Assembly: GCF_006345805.1 (NCBI RefSeq)
Contig: NC_043001.1
Span: 94,550,001 to 94,614,000 of the forward strand
Origin: Octopus sinensis
Lineage: Eukaryota
Length of the DNA: 64,000 nt
Reading direction: 5' to 3'
The notes beneath the pieces were generated by a model. The model saw nothing but the letters and a program-made list of their open reading frames with translations. It was not told the origin of the DNA and searched no databases. This document shows, piece by piece, positions 11,259 to 24,563 of this stretch. How positions within the stretch are numbered: the stretch's first letter is position 1; each line of letters opens with the position of its first letter. Both the position numbers and the translations under genes were made by a program.

Positions 11259-11310
<52 letters not shown>

Positions 11311-11529
11311 TACACACATATTTATGTTTATGTGTTTTAATGTGTGTGTGTGTGTAGGTATGTATATATGCACGAGTCAATAAATTAAAGGTAAGAGGCA
11401 TTCAATACTTTTCGTTGGAGTTGCATTTACTATTATCTAAAACAGATTGATTCGGCTGCAACCACAGAACCGAGTAAAACAGTTTTAGACCTCTGGTAAT
11501 AGGATACTGTTCAATCTCCCCGAATCAAT

Positions 11530-12190
11530 CAGAGTGAGACTGATGTTCCTGAGAAGAAGTAGAAAACAATAACAATGATAAAAATGAGAGTATTGACCAT
11601 ATTGATGACGGTTTCTCCGTGCTTACCCCCTACCGAATATAAACATTAAGCATGACTGAGCTGGCCAAAACATTCACTGGAGCTTATGTTGTCGTTTTTA
11701 TATCATGCACCCTAAGAACTGTTATGATCACCATCCAGAATCAATCATTGAGAGGGAGAATGTTATCCGATGATATTGCGGAATACATACAGACAGGTAA
11801 ATGAATACTAACAGACCAGATGTCATGTATGACAAAAGACTTTCCTGTTCGATATTATGGGAGTGTCTGCTGATAGAAAGATCGCAACAAAGGAATTTGA
11901 AAAACTGTCGAAATATAAGGAACTTCAGATTGAGATAACTAAGAGGTTAAAAAGAAGAAAGAAAACCTTTCCTGTGGTTGTTGCTGCCTTGGGATTGACC
12001 AAGAATGGCACTGGCAAATATTGTGACAAGATCCATATGAAACAAACAATCTAGGAGAATCAAAATATTGTGTTTACATCAACCATCTACATTCTCAGAA
12101 AGACTCTCCCCATCTAATATATAAGTGACCTACGTGTCTGGTTCACACCCGGTGGGAGGACGAAAGAAGATTAAAATCAATCGGAAAATA
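11530..12190 (+). pseudogene. R4/Dong-type LINE 3' fragment (post-CCHC region and RLE endonuclease), decayed
   Basis: IDHIDDGFSVLTP, SADRKIATKEFEKLSKYKELQIEI, FPVVVAALG; ends in (TAA)n at ~12187. Confidence 0.75.
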
Positions 12191-12293
12191 ATAATAATAA
12201 TAATGATAATAATAATAATAATAAAGTGATAATAATAATAGTAAAAAAATAATACTAATGATGATGATGATGATAATAATAATAATAATAATA

Positions 12294-12345
<52 letters not shown>
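12187..12345. repeat. (TAA)n/(TGA)n microsatellite
   Basis: Direct repeat. Confidence 0.95.
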
Positions 12346-12346
<1 letters not shown>

Positions 12347-12838
12347 CATGTACATTGTTCTGTCTTGGTATAAAAGATGGGCTACAGCAAATATTCTGCT
12401 CAATACCACAGATTTGCTTGTCAGTTGTTTGACCTTAACCAGTTGAGCATGTCCCTTAGTGGCTGACAATACGTGCATCTCTGATCACGAGCAGAAGTAG
12501 TGGGGGAGCATCATGGCCATGTGTTGAGAGGGATTCTTTGGAGTTTGAATAATTCACCTCTGGAAACATAGGTGTTTCGTTCAACATCCTAAAGCAACCC
12601 TTATTCAGGGACCTTTTGAGCGGGATGGGCTACTCAACCTGAAGAAAATTCTAACTGGGCCCCACCTGCAAGGTCATGTGCTGTTTATCTTGATATGAGA
12701 TCACCATGTCACGCACATATGGTTGTGATGCATGTGCCTGGTGTACCTTTATCAGACGGGTAGTCATGATGGGTATATTGGGCTTCGTATATTTTACCCC
12801 AGTGTCACTTTGATGGCATGAACTGCTCTCTCACTCAA
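12346..12838 (+). mobile_element. Family A retroposon, copy 3 (5'-truncated)
   Basis: Begins ATCATGTACATTG, same 3' end CTCTCTCACTC-AATAAT as copy 2. Confidence 0.9.
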
Positions 12839-13972
12839 TAATAATAATGATGATGATGATGATGATGATGATATTAATAATAATAATAACAACAACAGCA
12901 ACAAGAGAAACAACACAATGCAATTATACACACACATAAACGCATACACATACACACAAACACACACATATCAAATGTACATTTATATACACATGTACAC
13001 ATATATTCCATGATTCCACAATATTTCTGCTGCTGCGAATAATTTTCTAGAAAATTCTGATTTGATGAGTTGGTCATGTGGTTTATTTATAAGTAAATTC
13101 CATGTCTGTCATAACATTTTCAATGCATCACGAGGAAGGTTGAATTGGACAAAATTTAAAAGTTTACCTGTATGCTTGGTTTTTCTGTGCATGCACACAA
13201 ACAAACACTCACAACACATACACGCATTTACACACAGAGAAACACACACATAGACTCACACCAATAAATATTCAAAGTATAATACATAAATATATATAAA
13301 GATATATGCGTGCATATATAATGTAAAGTATATATATATATACATACATGTGTGTGTGTGTGTGTGTGATTGTGCGTATATGAGTGTTTGATATGCCTCT
13401 GTGTATCAGTGTGTATATATTGACATGGATATTTTATTAGATTTCTATTTCTCTTTGATGTATTGAGCCGTCTATTACTATAGTATTTTTTTATGAGATC
13501 TATTTTCAGAAATATTTGCGGTTACCTATTTCTTTATGATGTACACTCACCACAAACACACACACACACATATACAAAAACGCGCACGCACGCACACACA
13601 AACACACACTCACATAGTGCTGTCTGTCTATATATAACAATACACACGTCAAAATACATTATTACCTTACTGAATCGAAGTGGAATTTTCTAAAACGTTT
13701 ATTTCTTAGCCATTCAAATATGGAAGAACGGAAGGAGCAGATTTGTGGAGTTGGCTACAGGAATAAAACAAATGTGCTTAATTTAATATCAAACAATTAT
13801 TCATATTGCAATTAGAAGTCCATAAACAAGTCCCTCGTGTAAAGTGTATTATCTTAAATCAATTGTATTAAATTATATTCAATCGGTCATGAAATTGACC
13901 TTTACAAGCAGTAACATTTCATTGCCTCCCATATTGATTACATATGTATATATATGTATATATGTATATATG

Positions 13973-14006
<34 letters not shown>

Positions 14007-15270
14007 ATATTATATATATATATAATATATATAATATATATATATATAAATATGTATATAAATAAGTTGGATAGAGAGGTATGAATATATGTTTCTCTCT
14101 CTCGCTCTCACTCTCTCTCTATCTCTCTCCCTCTGTATATATATATATATAACATACTTACATGTGTATTACATGTCTCATACTTTTTTATGTCATGTAC
14201 AAATGCATAAATATGTTCATGTTAAATTTTAATTTGAACAACCGAATTTTGAAATTTGTGAGCAATTTTCATATTACATGCATTCTAAGAAGTTTTCCAT
14301 TACACAATTACTTGTTTAATTCTTCATCGTGGTCTGTTTCACATTTCCAAACATCCAGACTTTGTAATGCAGGAAAATGGAAGAAAAAAATTAAATTTTC
14401 TACTTCAGAAACATATTTCAACAAATGCATAAAGTATGAAATTATTGAATTGTGATAAATTCGATTTTCAATTCTCAATACAATCAATTTTCCAATGATA
14501 ATTACATTCACAACAGTACCCAAAACAGAAATTATAACTTCGTGCATATCTCGATAACATTTGGACTTGGTTACCATTTTAGCAATAATATATATTATTA
14601 TATGACTCAGACAATATTCATATAGGCCAATCTGTATTGCTTATATATTTCGCGAATTCTATCATAAATCTTTGCGTTATATATATATTCATTATAAAAC
14701 ACAAATATAAAAGAAAAGTTCACTGACCGTGAAACAGTTTCCAAAATAGATATGATTACAAAAAGCAGGTATATAAATTGAATTTTCGCAAATAAGAAAC
14801 ATATTGATTTTCTATTCGTGGCATGCAGTTTACCACACAGATAAAACTCTTTTACATAAGAGAAAAGTTCGCCATAAATATATCCTCTCTGTGATTTCGA
14901 TTATGGAAGATGATGGTGGCATATGGGATACGACACATTGTTGCAAGGAAAGGAGACAATCCACCATCGCAAGATCCATGAACTATATAAGACTCCTACC
15001 ACAGCACATTCGTATCCATGTGGCATGTTGTTATAATCTATAATAATTTGCAAATCACAATTTCTCAAAATAATATTATAAGCAATTCTTTCGAAAATTT
15101 AATACCTATAGTTTAATTGAGCTAGCTAGGCTTCAGATGAGGGTAACAACTTATAAACAATTGTACATTAATTACCCTACTTATCTCTCACAGTTTCTCT
15201 AACTGTATCCCTAAATTATCCGACATACCGTAATCCATACTAATATAAACGTGTGTAATAAACATACCAG

Positions 15271-15696
15271 GAGAGGTATGCAGTAATATATATCTGGAAG
15301 ATCCTGGAAGGAATTGTGCCAAATTTTGGCATTGAATGCTACACCAATACTAGAGCGGGATGACACTGCATAGTGCCAAAGATCCCAGCAATGCCATCAC
15401 GCCTCATGACCAGCTACCGCAACGGCCTGGGTTTCAAGGGCCCACAGCTTTTTAATATTCTTCCAAAGAGTCTGAGGAACTTGCACAAAGTAGATGTAGC
15501 GCTTTTTAGATCAAAGTTGGACCTCTTCCTGTCGAGAGTCCCAGATGAACCTACCTCACGGCAAGAGGTGCAAATGAGGGGAGCTCTATCAAACTCCATT
15601 CTTCACCAAGAGCCACATAATAGAGGAGGCTATTAGTAATAACAGTATAGCACAAAACGTTGGTGCGTCAGCATGGCCGCAGCTCTGAGCTGAAAC

Positions 15697-15698
<2 letters not shown>
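15271..15698 (+). pseudogene. CR1-clade LINE 3' end
   Basis: ERYAVIYIWKILEGIVPNFG...GPQLFNILPKSLRNL...KLDLFLSRVPDEP...SNSIL, then tail GGTGCGTCAGCATGGCCGCAGCTCTGAGCTGAAACT. Confidence 0.85.
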
Positions 15699-15747
<49 letters not shown>

Positions 15748-15774
15748 ATATGTGTGTGTGTGTGTGGTGTGTGT

Positions 15775-16041
15775 GTGTGTAGTAACAATAAAAATATAAA
15801 GATTTAGCAGTAATAACAGCGCAACGATCCAACAATCTCTTCACGAAATAACAATCAATATTCCAAACGAGATATCAAACAGACACCTTCACACTTCACT
15901 AGGAACTCAACTCGATCTCACATACAAACTTCACTCCGACCGCTAGTATTCCTAATCACTCAGTCAAGGGGGCGTCGAGACTCTCATAAAAACGTCTCCA
16001 ATTTTGATTGAAATGTTATTTATTTATTTATTTTTCCGGCA
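15775..16041 (-). mobile_element. Putative 3' LTR of the Gypsy element
   Basis: Minus strand: polypurine tract AAAAAATGAGGAAGAGG (16058-16042) immediately followed by TG; ends near CA at an (AC)n tract. Confidence 0.55.
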
Positions 16042-19000
16042 CCTCTTCCTCATTTTTTGGGGAAATTTAATATCTTTTCCGTTTTGGCATTATTTCTAAG
16101 TGTACATTTTTTTCCTTTTTCTTCCGTTGTTTATACAAGGCCCAATCTCGTCCGGTGAACATGTCATAGAATACTTCCATCGTTATTTCCTTTCGTTTTT
16201 CAGTAGGCCATGTCTTTAATTAGTGAAGATGTGCTTATGTTCCCAACGTTGCCCTTTAATTACATGCATCATGTTTCTTAGTCTTATATTTACAAAGACC
16301 ACACTTCCAGCATTCTTTACCATCTCTGCATATTTTAAGATGAACTTTTTTCTCCTACTTCGAAATGTTTAGTTGTCTTCTGTGTATTACCTTTTAATAT
16401 TCTCTTTCTTGGCAATAATTTATCGAAGACGAATTTCTGCCGGAGACTTTCCTGAATTTGTATTCGTATTCGCCTTTACACTCTATACTCTCAAGAATTT
16501 CGTTAGCACTTCGTCATTATCTACGTCATTCCTTGTTTGGAAAGCTCGTTTGAAAGTATCAACGAATTTTTCTACCTGCTCGTTTGTTCTCGGGTGTTGG
16601 GACGGGGTAAAAATATAATATGCCTTATGACATCTATTTTATAGACATTTTTGAATTCACTACCTGTAAATTGTGTTCGATTATCTGATACTAACGTGTC
16701 TGGAACAATGTATGGTGCAAATAATTCATACAGAAAATTTATTGCTGTCTTTGCGCTTGGTTTATTGCGCATGCATACCTCTGGCTACTGTGTACCGCTA
16801 TCAACAATGATTAGACAGTATGCGCCAATCAATAGTCGATATGCACCATGGACCACGGGCTATCCGTCTCACGCTACGATGGTATATAACTGGTGGTGCT
16901 TTGGCTGCTAGCGCACAAGATCTACATGATTTTTACACAATTTTCAATGTCACGGTCCATTTTCTTTCAATATACATAGATCTTCATTAAGGCTTTCATT
17001 CTCGATATTCCCAGTTGTCCACAGTGGAATTCCTGCAATACTCGTTTCTGTAAAGCATTTGGTACTATCACTTTTGAACATTCATTAAAACATCGTCGCA
17101 GAGTGAAAAATTATTCGAATTTATATTTTAAGTTTGTTTATTTTTCAATATTTCTTTCATTCTTGTAATGTAATTATCCTTTGTGGATTTCATTTCATAC
17201 CATGCTGTTACTGGGAGTTGGTGAATAACATTATACATAATATTTTAAATTTTATTTCCTGACTGCAATTAGGCTATCACCGCATCTGTTATCGGTTCCT
17301 CATTCTTGGGAATAGGTCTCGACAAACATTTCACATGACCAATTTACTTCGATGGAATATACTAGTTGTTTAGCAAAATTGTACCTTAGATATGTAGTCG
17401 GTTTGCCCTATGGGCAGGCGATCTTTATTTTTTTTCTCCTAATATAGATAACAATGGTCATTAGTCGGTTTGCAGCAAAGGATTGCTACCGCGTAGAAAT
17501 TTGTGACATTTTTGTACCGCAAAAATAAACAATGGAGCCGTCTTCTCTGTTTCACTATACTTTTTTCCGATGCTATCAGTGAACGTGAAGCATGATCTAC
17601 TAGTTTCATATTTCCATACTCATATTTGTGTAGCAAGACTGCTCCTATCCCATAATCCGTAGAATCTGAAGCTACGACAATGTTCATTCAGGATCGAGAA
17701 GCGTCAGTGACAATTTAACAATTAGTATTGACACTTTAACAAACAATTTTATTTTACTTCTTTTTTCAGTAAATCGTTTAATGGTGCTCTCAATTTATGC
17801 ATGTTAGGAATGTAATTTTGATAGTAAGTCACTTGCCAAAGGAAAGCTTGTGATGTCGCAGTGTTATGTCGGGGAAACATATATTTAATTGCATCTGCCC
17901 TCGACGGGTCAGGACTTCTTTCATTTTTATCAATAATTTGCTCATCTATTTGATTTTTGCCAAAAAGAATTCACATTTTTCCTCACTTAGAGTGAACCCA
18001 TGGTCTCTTATCTTATTCAAATACGGCTTTTATATGCTCAACATTCTGATCACGCGAATTACTTTTAATCAATATGTCATCCGGGTAAGGAACTGCGAAC
18101 TGACAGTCCGCCAACATTGCATCCATATCCTGTTGAAATATTGCAGGTGCAACCTTCAGACCCATAGGCAATTTATTATATCTGTGCAATTCTCTGTGTA
18201 TATTTACTGATATAAGCTTTGAACATTCCTCGTCATTCATTATTTGCAGATACGCCTCAGAAAAACCGAATTCCGAGAATGTTTTGCCACTATTTATTTT
18301 TACAAAAATATACTCTGGAAGTGGATTGTAACATGTCTTTAAACAATCATTCAGACCCGTAGAAAAGTCCTCACACAGCCTAATTTTGTAAAATATTTTT
18401 GTACAGCGAGTAGGTGCTGCCCATTTAAAGTAATCCACTTTTTAAATAATTCCACATCTTTCTAGTCTGTTTCAGATTTCATCTACATTTTTTTATTGCA
18501 TCGAACGGTACTTTTCTATTGGACTTGAATACTGGCACAGCGTTTTCCTTTAATTGAAAACATGCTTCAGTCTTTTAACATAGAACTAACTCATCCGAAA
18601 GTACTTGAGGGAACATCTTTTTTAATTTTCACTTCGATTTCTCAGACAGCTAATTTATAGAGAGATAATTGTTTTTGAAGTAGAGACTTCTGCGGTGATC
18701 TTAAATATCAAATGACTCTAACCAGTCGGTAACATGCGGATTAGTTGCATTTTTGACAAAAACGTTTCGCTTGCGAGGTTTTCACATTCCGCCTATAATG
18801 TTTAGATTGTCACTCGTTACGCCGCGTGCAGTTTTGGTTGTTTTTCTTAGTACAGTTTTCCCTGTTTTCTTCACATTACATTGTTCATGACTGAACGTCT
18901 CTACCAGCAACCAGTTGCAAATTTTATTTATTTCGTTTACTTTAATGTGTTCAAATTTCTTTATTTGTGAGTCAATTTTACTTTCAGGCAAATGTTTGAC

Positions 19001-19228
19001 AATTGTAACAATTTTTGTTTTGAAAAGGACAATGTCTTCTAAAATGTAGGGTTCCACATCCGTGACATGGATTAACTCCTAGCAATCCTCTTTGGTTATA
19101 CTTTCTTATGTCGTGTTTCAGGTTTACCATCATTTGGCTATCTACTGCGAAAGACTGCAGTTTCAAATTTTGTTTCTTTTTCAAGTTTTGAAAGAATTCT
19201 TGCTCGTTTTTATGTATGATATATATAT

Positions 19229-19262
<34 letters not shown>

Positions 19263-19268
19263 ATTCAT
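16042..19268 (-). pseudogene. Gypsy/Ty3-type LTR retrotransposon remnant (gag zinc knuckle, RT, RNase H, integrase)
   Basis: CHGCGTLHFRRHCPFQNKNCYNC (gag); YLQIMNDEECSKLISVNIHRELHRYNKLPMGLKVAPAIFQ...PYPDDILI (RT); IVVASDSTDYGIGAVLLH (RNase H); VPDTLVSDNRTQFTGSEF (integrase); order RT-RH-IN; many stops and frameshifts. Confidence 0.9.
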
Positions 19269-20017
19269 AAATATGAATGAATATGTTTAAAAATATGTTT
19301 GTGTACTTTTGTGTATCTGAACATCGTTACTGTTTCCTTTTGGATATTGACGTAAATGTTACATGTTTCAGCACAATTATTACTCATTTCTCAGACGGAA
19401 AATGAGTCTCATTCTCCCGTGATTACATAGAGAGAATGCAAATCATCAATTTTCGAATATCCGGTTTTGTCAATAAATTTAATGGGCGAGTGATATTTTT
19501 CTTTAAAAAAAGAATATTTCTTCTTGTTAAAAGAAAAAATGAAACATTACTTCTTATCTTTAAACGTCTTTCGAGAAACCTGCTTTTCTTCGTTTAGCAG
19601 TAGAAGGTATTCTTTTTCCTACGAAGTTTAGAACACATTGCGATGCAGACAGTTATAATTTACATCATGCCAACGACTAGCAGCGGATATCTTAACTACG
19701 CACACAATTCACGTAGCCAGTTGAATCTATTGTCTCCTATACTGCTTCATGATTCATAATAACTTATGAATCATGTGGAGCCAACAAGAGTGCCAGCACT
19801 TGAGATGGACGTCACAAGGAGGGTTTTTTAATACATTCTTTAAGCGAATAACGGGAATAATTGCATTTTGGGACAGCAGGTATTACACAGAAATTATATG
19901 GGAAGTCATTGAAATATTTCCATACATATTCCAAAAACATGATAACCACTTGAAATTGTCTTACAATTTCTTATTTCAATTCAGTTAGTTCACACCAATT
20001 AGACATGAACTCATGCG

Positions 20018-20057
<40 letters not shown>

Positions 20058-20192
20058 AGATTTTACGAAAAAAAACAATAGACGAAGACGGTGTACAAAA
20101 CAAACATATGTATTGGTATAATGCTCAGGAATAGAAAAATTCTTTTACTTTTCGAGCCTACGCTTTTCTACATATCTATCTATCTACCTATA

Positions 20193-20488
20193 TCACGTGA
20201 TCACGTGACCGACCAGACCATCAGATGTTGTTACACATCGCTGGTCACAATGCGTTCGCATTGTTTTAGGCTGCGAATGACGCCACCCCGCTGGCTAAGC
20301 GAGCAGGCCAACAGAAGAAAGAGTGGGAGAAAGAGTGGTGTAAGAGTACAGCAGGGATCACCACCCCCTGCCGGAGCTTTTAAGTGTTTTCGCTCAATAA
20401 ACACTCAAAACGCCCGGTCTAGGAATCGAAACCACGATCCTGCGACCGCGAGTCCGCGGCCCTAAACACTGAGCCATTGTGCCTCCAC
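20193..20488 (-). mobile_element. tRNA-derived SINE (family D)
   Basis: Minus head GTGGAGGCACAATGGCTCAGTGTTTAGG...GGTTTCGATTCC; matches 22014-22326. Confidence 0.85.
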
Positions 20489-21011
20489 CTGTCTACCTAT
20501 ATATACTTAGTATTTTTCCATTTCTTTAGGGTTTTTTGGGGGGTGCATATGTATATTTATTTCTTGTATATGCGTGTGTGTGTGTGTGTATGCGTATATA
20601 AACATGTCCGGGTATGTACATATATGGGCGTGTGTATGTATGAGTGCGTAAGGGCATGTCCTTATATGAACGTGGTTTTTATGCTTCTATACTTCCTTAT
20701 GTTTTTTTCTGTTACCTTTAACCATGGGTTTTCTTGTGCTTGTTCGTATATAGACGTTATGTATGAACTTTTACGGTACGCGCGCGTGTGTGTATGAGTT
20801 TGTATATATATATGCGTATATATTTGGCGAACAATGCGAGTGAAGTTGTGTACGTTTTCATAGTGACGTATAAGTACGCACGTGGGTCCGCGAGCACACA
20901 TGTGAGCGTATGACTAGCCGTGTTTTACTATTTTATATAAGTAGAAGAATTATAACACAGCAATTTCCCTTTATATAACGGTATTTTTTCATAGCGTTTT
21001 TTCAGATGGCC

Positions 21012-21074
21012 AGATAACCGAAGAGATGGTGTTGTGGATTTCCACTTCGGCATCTGAAACTCAGAGTTTTATCT
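21012..21074 (+). ncRNA. Near-intact type I hammerhead fold (core U-to-C change, one extra U)
   Basis: AGAUAA-CCGAAGA-GAUG...CAUC-U-GAAAC-UCAGA-GUU-UUAUCU; stem I is a perfect 6 bp. Confidence 0.6.
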
Positions 21075-21254
21075 TGACTATTGAGTAATTGTAACATATT
21101 ATTTTATAGATAAATTTCCTCTATTTACATAATATTGAGGTATCTTTCTTTCTTTTCTTATCTTACCGTTTTTACCAATATATATATTATATATATATAT
21201 ATATATAATATATATATATATATATACACATGTAACCTTAGCTGGTGTGTGCGC

Positions 21255-21945
21255 TTCAGCAAATAATTCGATGTTGCCCGCAGAATATGCTCATGGATCC
21301 TCAGAATTTTTCAATCTAGGGATCGTGAATCCATCATCCTTCTCTTCTCCACATTTGCTAGGCCCCACTTCGAATACTGTTGCCTATTGTGGTCCCCCTA
21401 CAAAAAACAATACATAATGAGGATCGAAGACCCTCAAATATCAATCGCTAAAAAAAAATATGGCATGACCTGACTTAATTATTGGTCTCGACTTAAACAG
21501 CTGAAGCTCTAATCTCAGCAACGTCACCATGAGCGAGGCATTATTTGCACCACGTGGAAAATATTTCACCAATATTATCCAATTGATATCAGTATTAATT
21601 TTTCAGCTCACCTACGACAACGGTCACGCACAATGCGTCCCCTAAAAAGGTCGAGATCACATCATATAAGAACGTAGTGACACAATTTCACCAATGAAAA
21701 TGATCCTGCTTCTTATCCTGAAAGAAATTAAAGTAGAAAAAAGACACCACAACTTTCAAACGATACCTGGACAAATTCCTCCTAGAAATACCGAGTAAGC
21801 CACCTACACCTGGATATGTCTCAACCAAAAACAACTCACTGTCTGAGTGGTCTGTAGTGCCCAGAAATAATTAATTAAAAAAGCTTTTCCAGGTGGTACT
21901 ACTGAGGCAGACATGGCCTGGGACGACAATGGCCGAAACCAATCT
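21255..21945 (+). pseudogene. CR1-clade LINE 3' fragment, decayed
   Basis: TFARPHFEYCCLLWSPY, LNYWSRLKQLKL*SQQRHHERGIICTTWKI, PGYVSTKNNSL; tail GGTGGTACT...CATGGCC...GCCGAAACC. Confidence 0.8.
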
Positions 21946-22013
21946 AAGTTATATATCTATATCTATATATATATATATTATATATATATATATATATTAT
22001 ATATATATATATA

Positions 22014-22326
22014 TCACCGTGATCACCGTGGCCGACCAGGTTATCAGATGTTGCTACACATCGCTGGTCCCAATGCGCTTCGCATTGTTTTAGCCTTCAA
22101 ATGACGCCACCCCGCTGGATAAGCGGGCAGGCCAACAGAAGAATGAGTTAGAGATAGTTGTGGCGAAAGAGTACAGCAGTGATCGCTACCCCCCAACTGC
22201 AGGTGCCTCGTGGAACCTTAGGTGTTTTCGCTCAATAAACACTCACAACGCCCGGTCTGGGAATCGAAACCGCGATCCTACGACCGCGAGTCCGCTGCCC
22301 TAATCACTGGGTCATTGTGCCTCCAC
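22014..22326 (-). mobile_element. Family D SINE
   Basis: tRNA-like A box TGACCCAGTGATTAGG and B box GGTTTCGATTCC on minus strand; homologous to 20193-20488. Confidence 0.85.
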
Positions 22327-22799
22327 ACACATCACACACACATCACACACACATATATATATATATGTATGTGTATATGTGTGCGTGTGTGTGTGTATGT
22401 GGGTGTATGTGTGTAATTCTTAGAGAGGACAATAAATGTTAAGGCAGGCAAAGATCTCAAGTCGTATACATTATTATTATTGGGAAGAATTCAAAGTCTT
22501 ACAGCCGTTTCTGCGATATCCCAGAGTATGGGATACTCCGTCATCGGAGTGAAATAGGTAAAATGAGAAAAGTATAGATTAATGGTTGTAAGAATATATT
22601 CCATTAACTATAATATATAGATAACCGCCTTGCCTTAATGTTTTTTGTCCTCTTTAACGATTATATATCCGCTATATCGGAAATCTACAATGGCTCCATA
22701 CCTCCCGTCTTGTTTATGAAGGTGGAGCCCTAAATCCGTTACAGCATTTACCTAGCGTATCTCATTGTTTAGGTGACCTGTCAAATAAACCCTCATATT

Positions 22800-23000
22800 T
22801 TGTATATATATATAATATATATAGATATAATAGAGAGAGGATATATATCGATAGATAGATATATAGACATATATATATATATACATACACACACACTTAT
22901 GTACATATATGTATGTATATATGTATATACATATTGTATATATAAATATATAATGATATATATATATATACATATATATATACATATATACATATTTATA

Positions 23001-23041
<41 letters not shown>

Positions 23042-23155
23042 AGTTTATTTGCCAACATAACGTGGCAGTACCAGTTTCTGTGTTATCCTCATCCAGGCGG
23101 TGCTGGGCAACCCCCAGACTATATATATATATATATGTATGTATGTGTGCGTATG

Positions 23156-23186
<31 letters not shown>

Positions 23187-23216
23187 GTGTATATATATAT
23201 ATATATGTTGTGTGTA

Positions 23217-23261
<45 letters not shown>

Positions 23262-23270
23262 TATGTACAT
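22800..23270. repeat. Compound (TA)n/(TACA)n microsatellite field
   Basis: Direct repeats; explains the overlapping low-complexity ORFs. Confidence 0.9.
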
Positions 23271-23690
23271 TTTACACTTTAACATTTAAATGCGCGCACA
23301 TTCACACATTCACACACCCGCACTCATACAGATGTATATCTATGTATGAATGAGCGTGTGCGTGAAAGTGAATTTTCATGTGTGTTCATGTCTACTTCTA
23401 CATGGGTGTGTTTATGAACATATGTCTGCCTTTGTATTTGTACTAATATTCTGTGATGTCTTTGAGTGCTGAAATGTTTAAAATATAACTGTGTCGTATA
23501 TTTGCTTTAATTAACAATAACTTCACAGCCTTTTACTTATATAGGCTGGCAAAATCCAGCCAATATCATTTATACAATGGTATTAGTATAGAAGTAGTTT
23601 ATTGTATTGAACATCAGTCTCCTGCTATATGTGGTCATCCAAATCAATACGAAGCAAAATGTAAGGATTCAATATGTAAATATACGTACA

Positions 23691-23749
<59 letters not shown>

Positions 23750-24194
23750 AATTTTTAATCATTACAGATAATGGGTGAAATATAATTAATTTAATAAATC
23801 AACAAATTTCACCTTGTAGCACCTCGGTATGGAAAAGGACAATATTCGGTAAAAGTTTATATAATTATAACAACAAGGGTCTTTGCAACAAGTTGCTTGA
23901 CGAACATACCGAAATTTTTTTCATAAAATTTTCGGTATGTGGTCAAGCAACTTGTTGCAAAGACCCTTATTGTTATATATATATATATATAAACATATGG
24001 GTACAAGACAGTAGAGATATTGGTGAAATACGATGTGTCTATAGTTCTGGTATCACTTGAAGATAGAATGGCATTTTTCAATATTATGTTCTGTCATAAG
24101 TAGTGGGCTACATCATGTCTAGTTCATAAGGCACATCACATTCAGTCCGCTACACACACACACACAAACACAAACACACATACACACATATATA

Positions 24195-24563
24195 TCTCTC
24201 TATATATAAATGCCAAAATATCTGTCTGTGTGTGTGTATCCTTTATACAAATCCACAATGTTTCAGTTAGAGGGATGGCACTTTCTATGGTCATTCAAAA
24301 CCGTCCACGGGTGGTCGTGCACATCTTTACATATCCCTAGTCACCCCGCAAAGCCATTAAAATCAATAGAAGTGACTTTTTTGTGAATTTTCTATCCAAA
24401 TCCAAATCAAAATGTCCGAAACTTGATACGCCAATTGAATGCCAGCTAGCTGTATGTGATTGGTCGGAGATTTGGACAGTACTCGTGTGTATGTGTGTCC
24501 ACACGCAGCTGTATATGCATGCACTAGCACTATGACCCGGCATTGCCGGGTCATAGTGCCAGT
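24195..24563 (+). mobile_element. Helitron/Helentron-like non-autonomous element
   Basis: Starts TCTCTCTATATATAAATGCCAAAA...TGTCTGTGTG; ends with a 16 bp-arm palindrome (24527-24559) followed by CAGT (CTAGT-like). Confidence 0.6.

Noticed and set aside
19270-19700. Expected 5' LTR and primer-binding site of the Gypsy element
   Set aside because: No match to 15775-16041 found; the element appears 5'-truncated at a TA run.
23045-23120. Minus-strand CTGGATGAGG...GAAACTGGTA motif
   Set aside because: The core has an insertion and stems I and II do not pair convincingly; insufficient without a family consensus.
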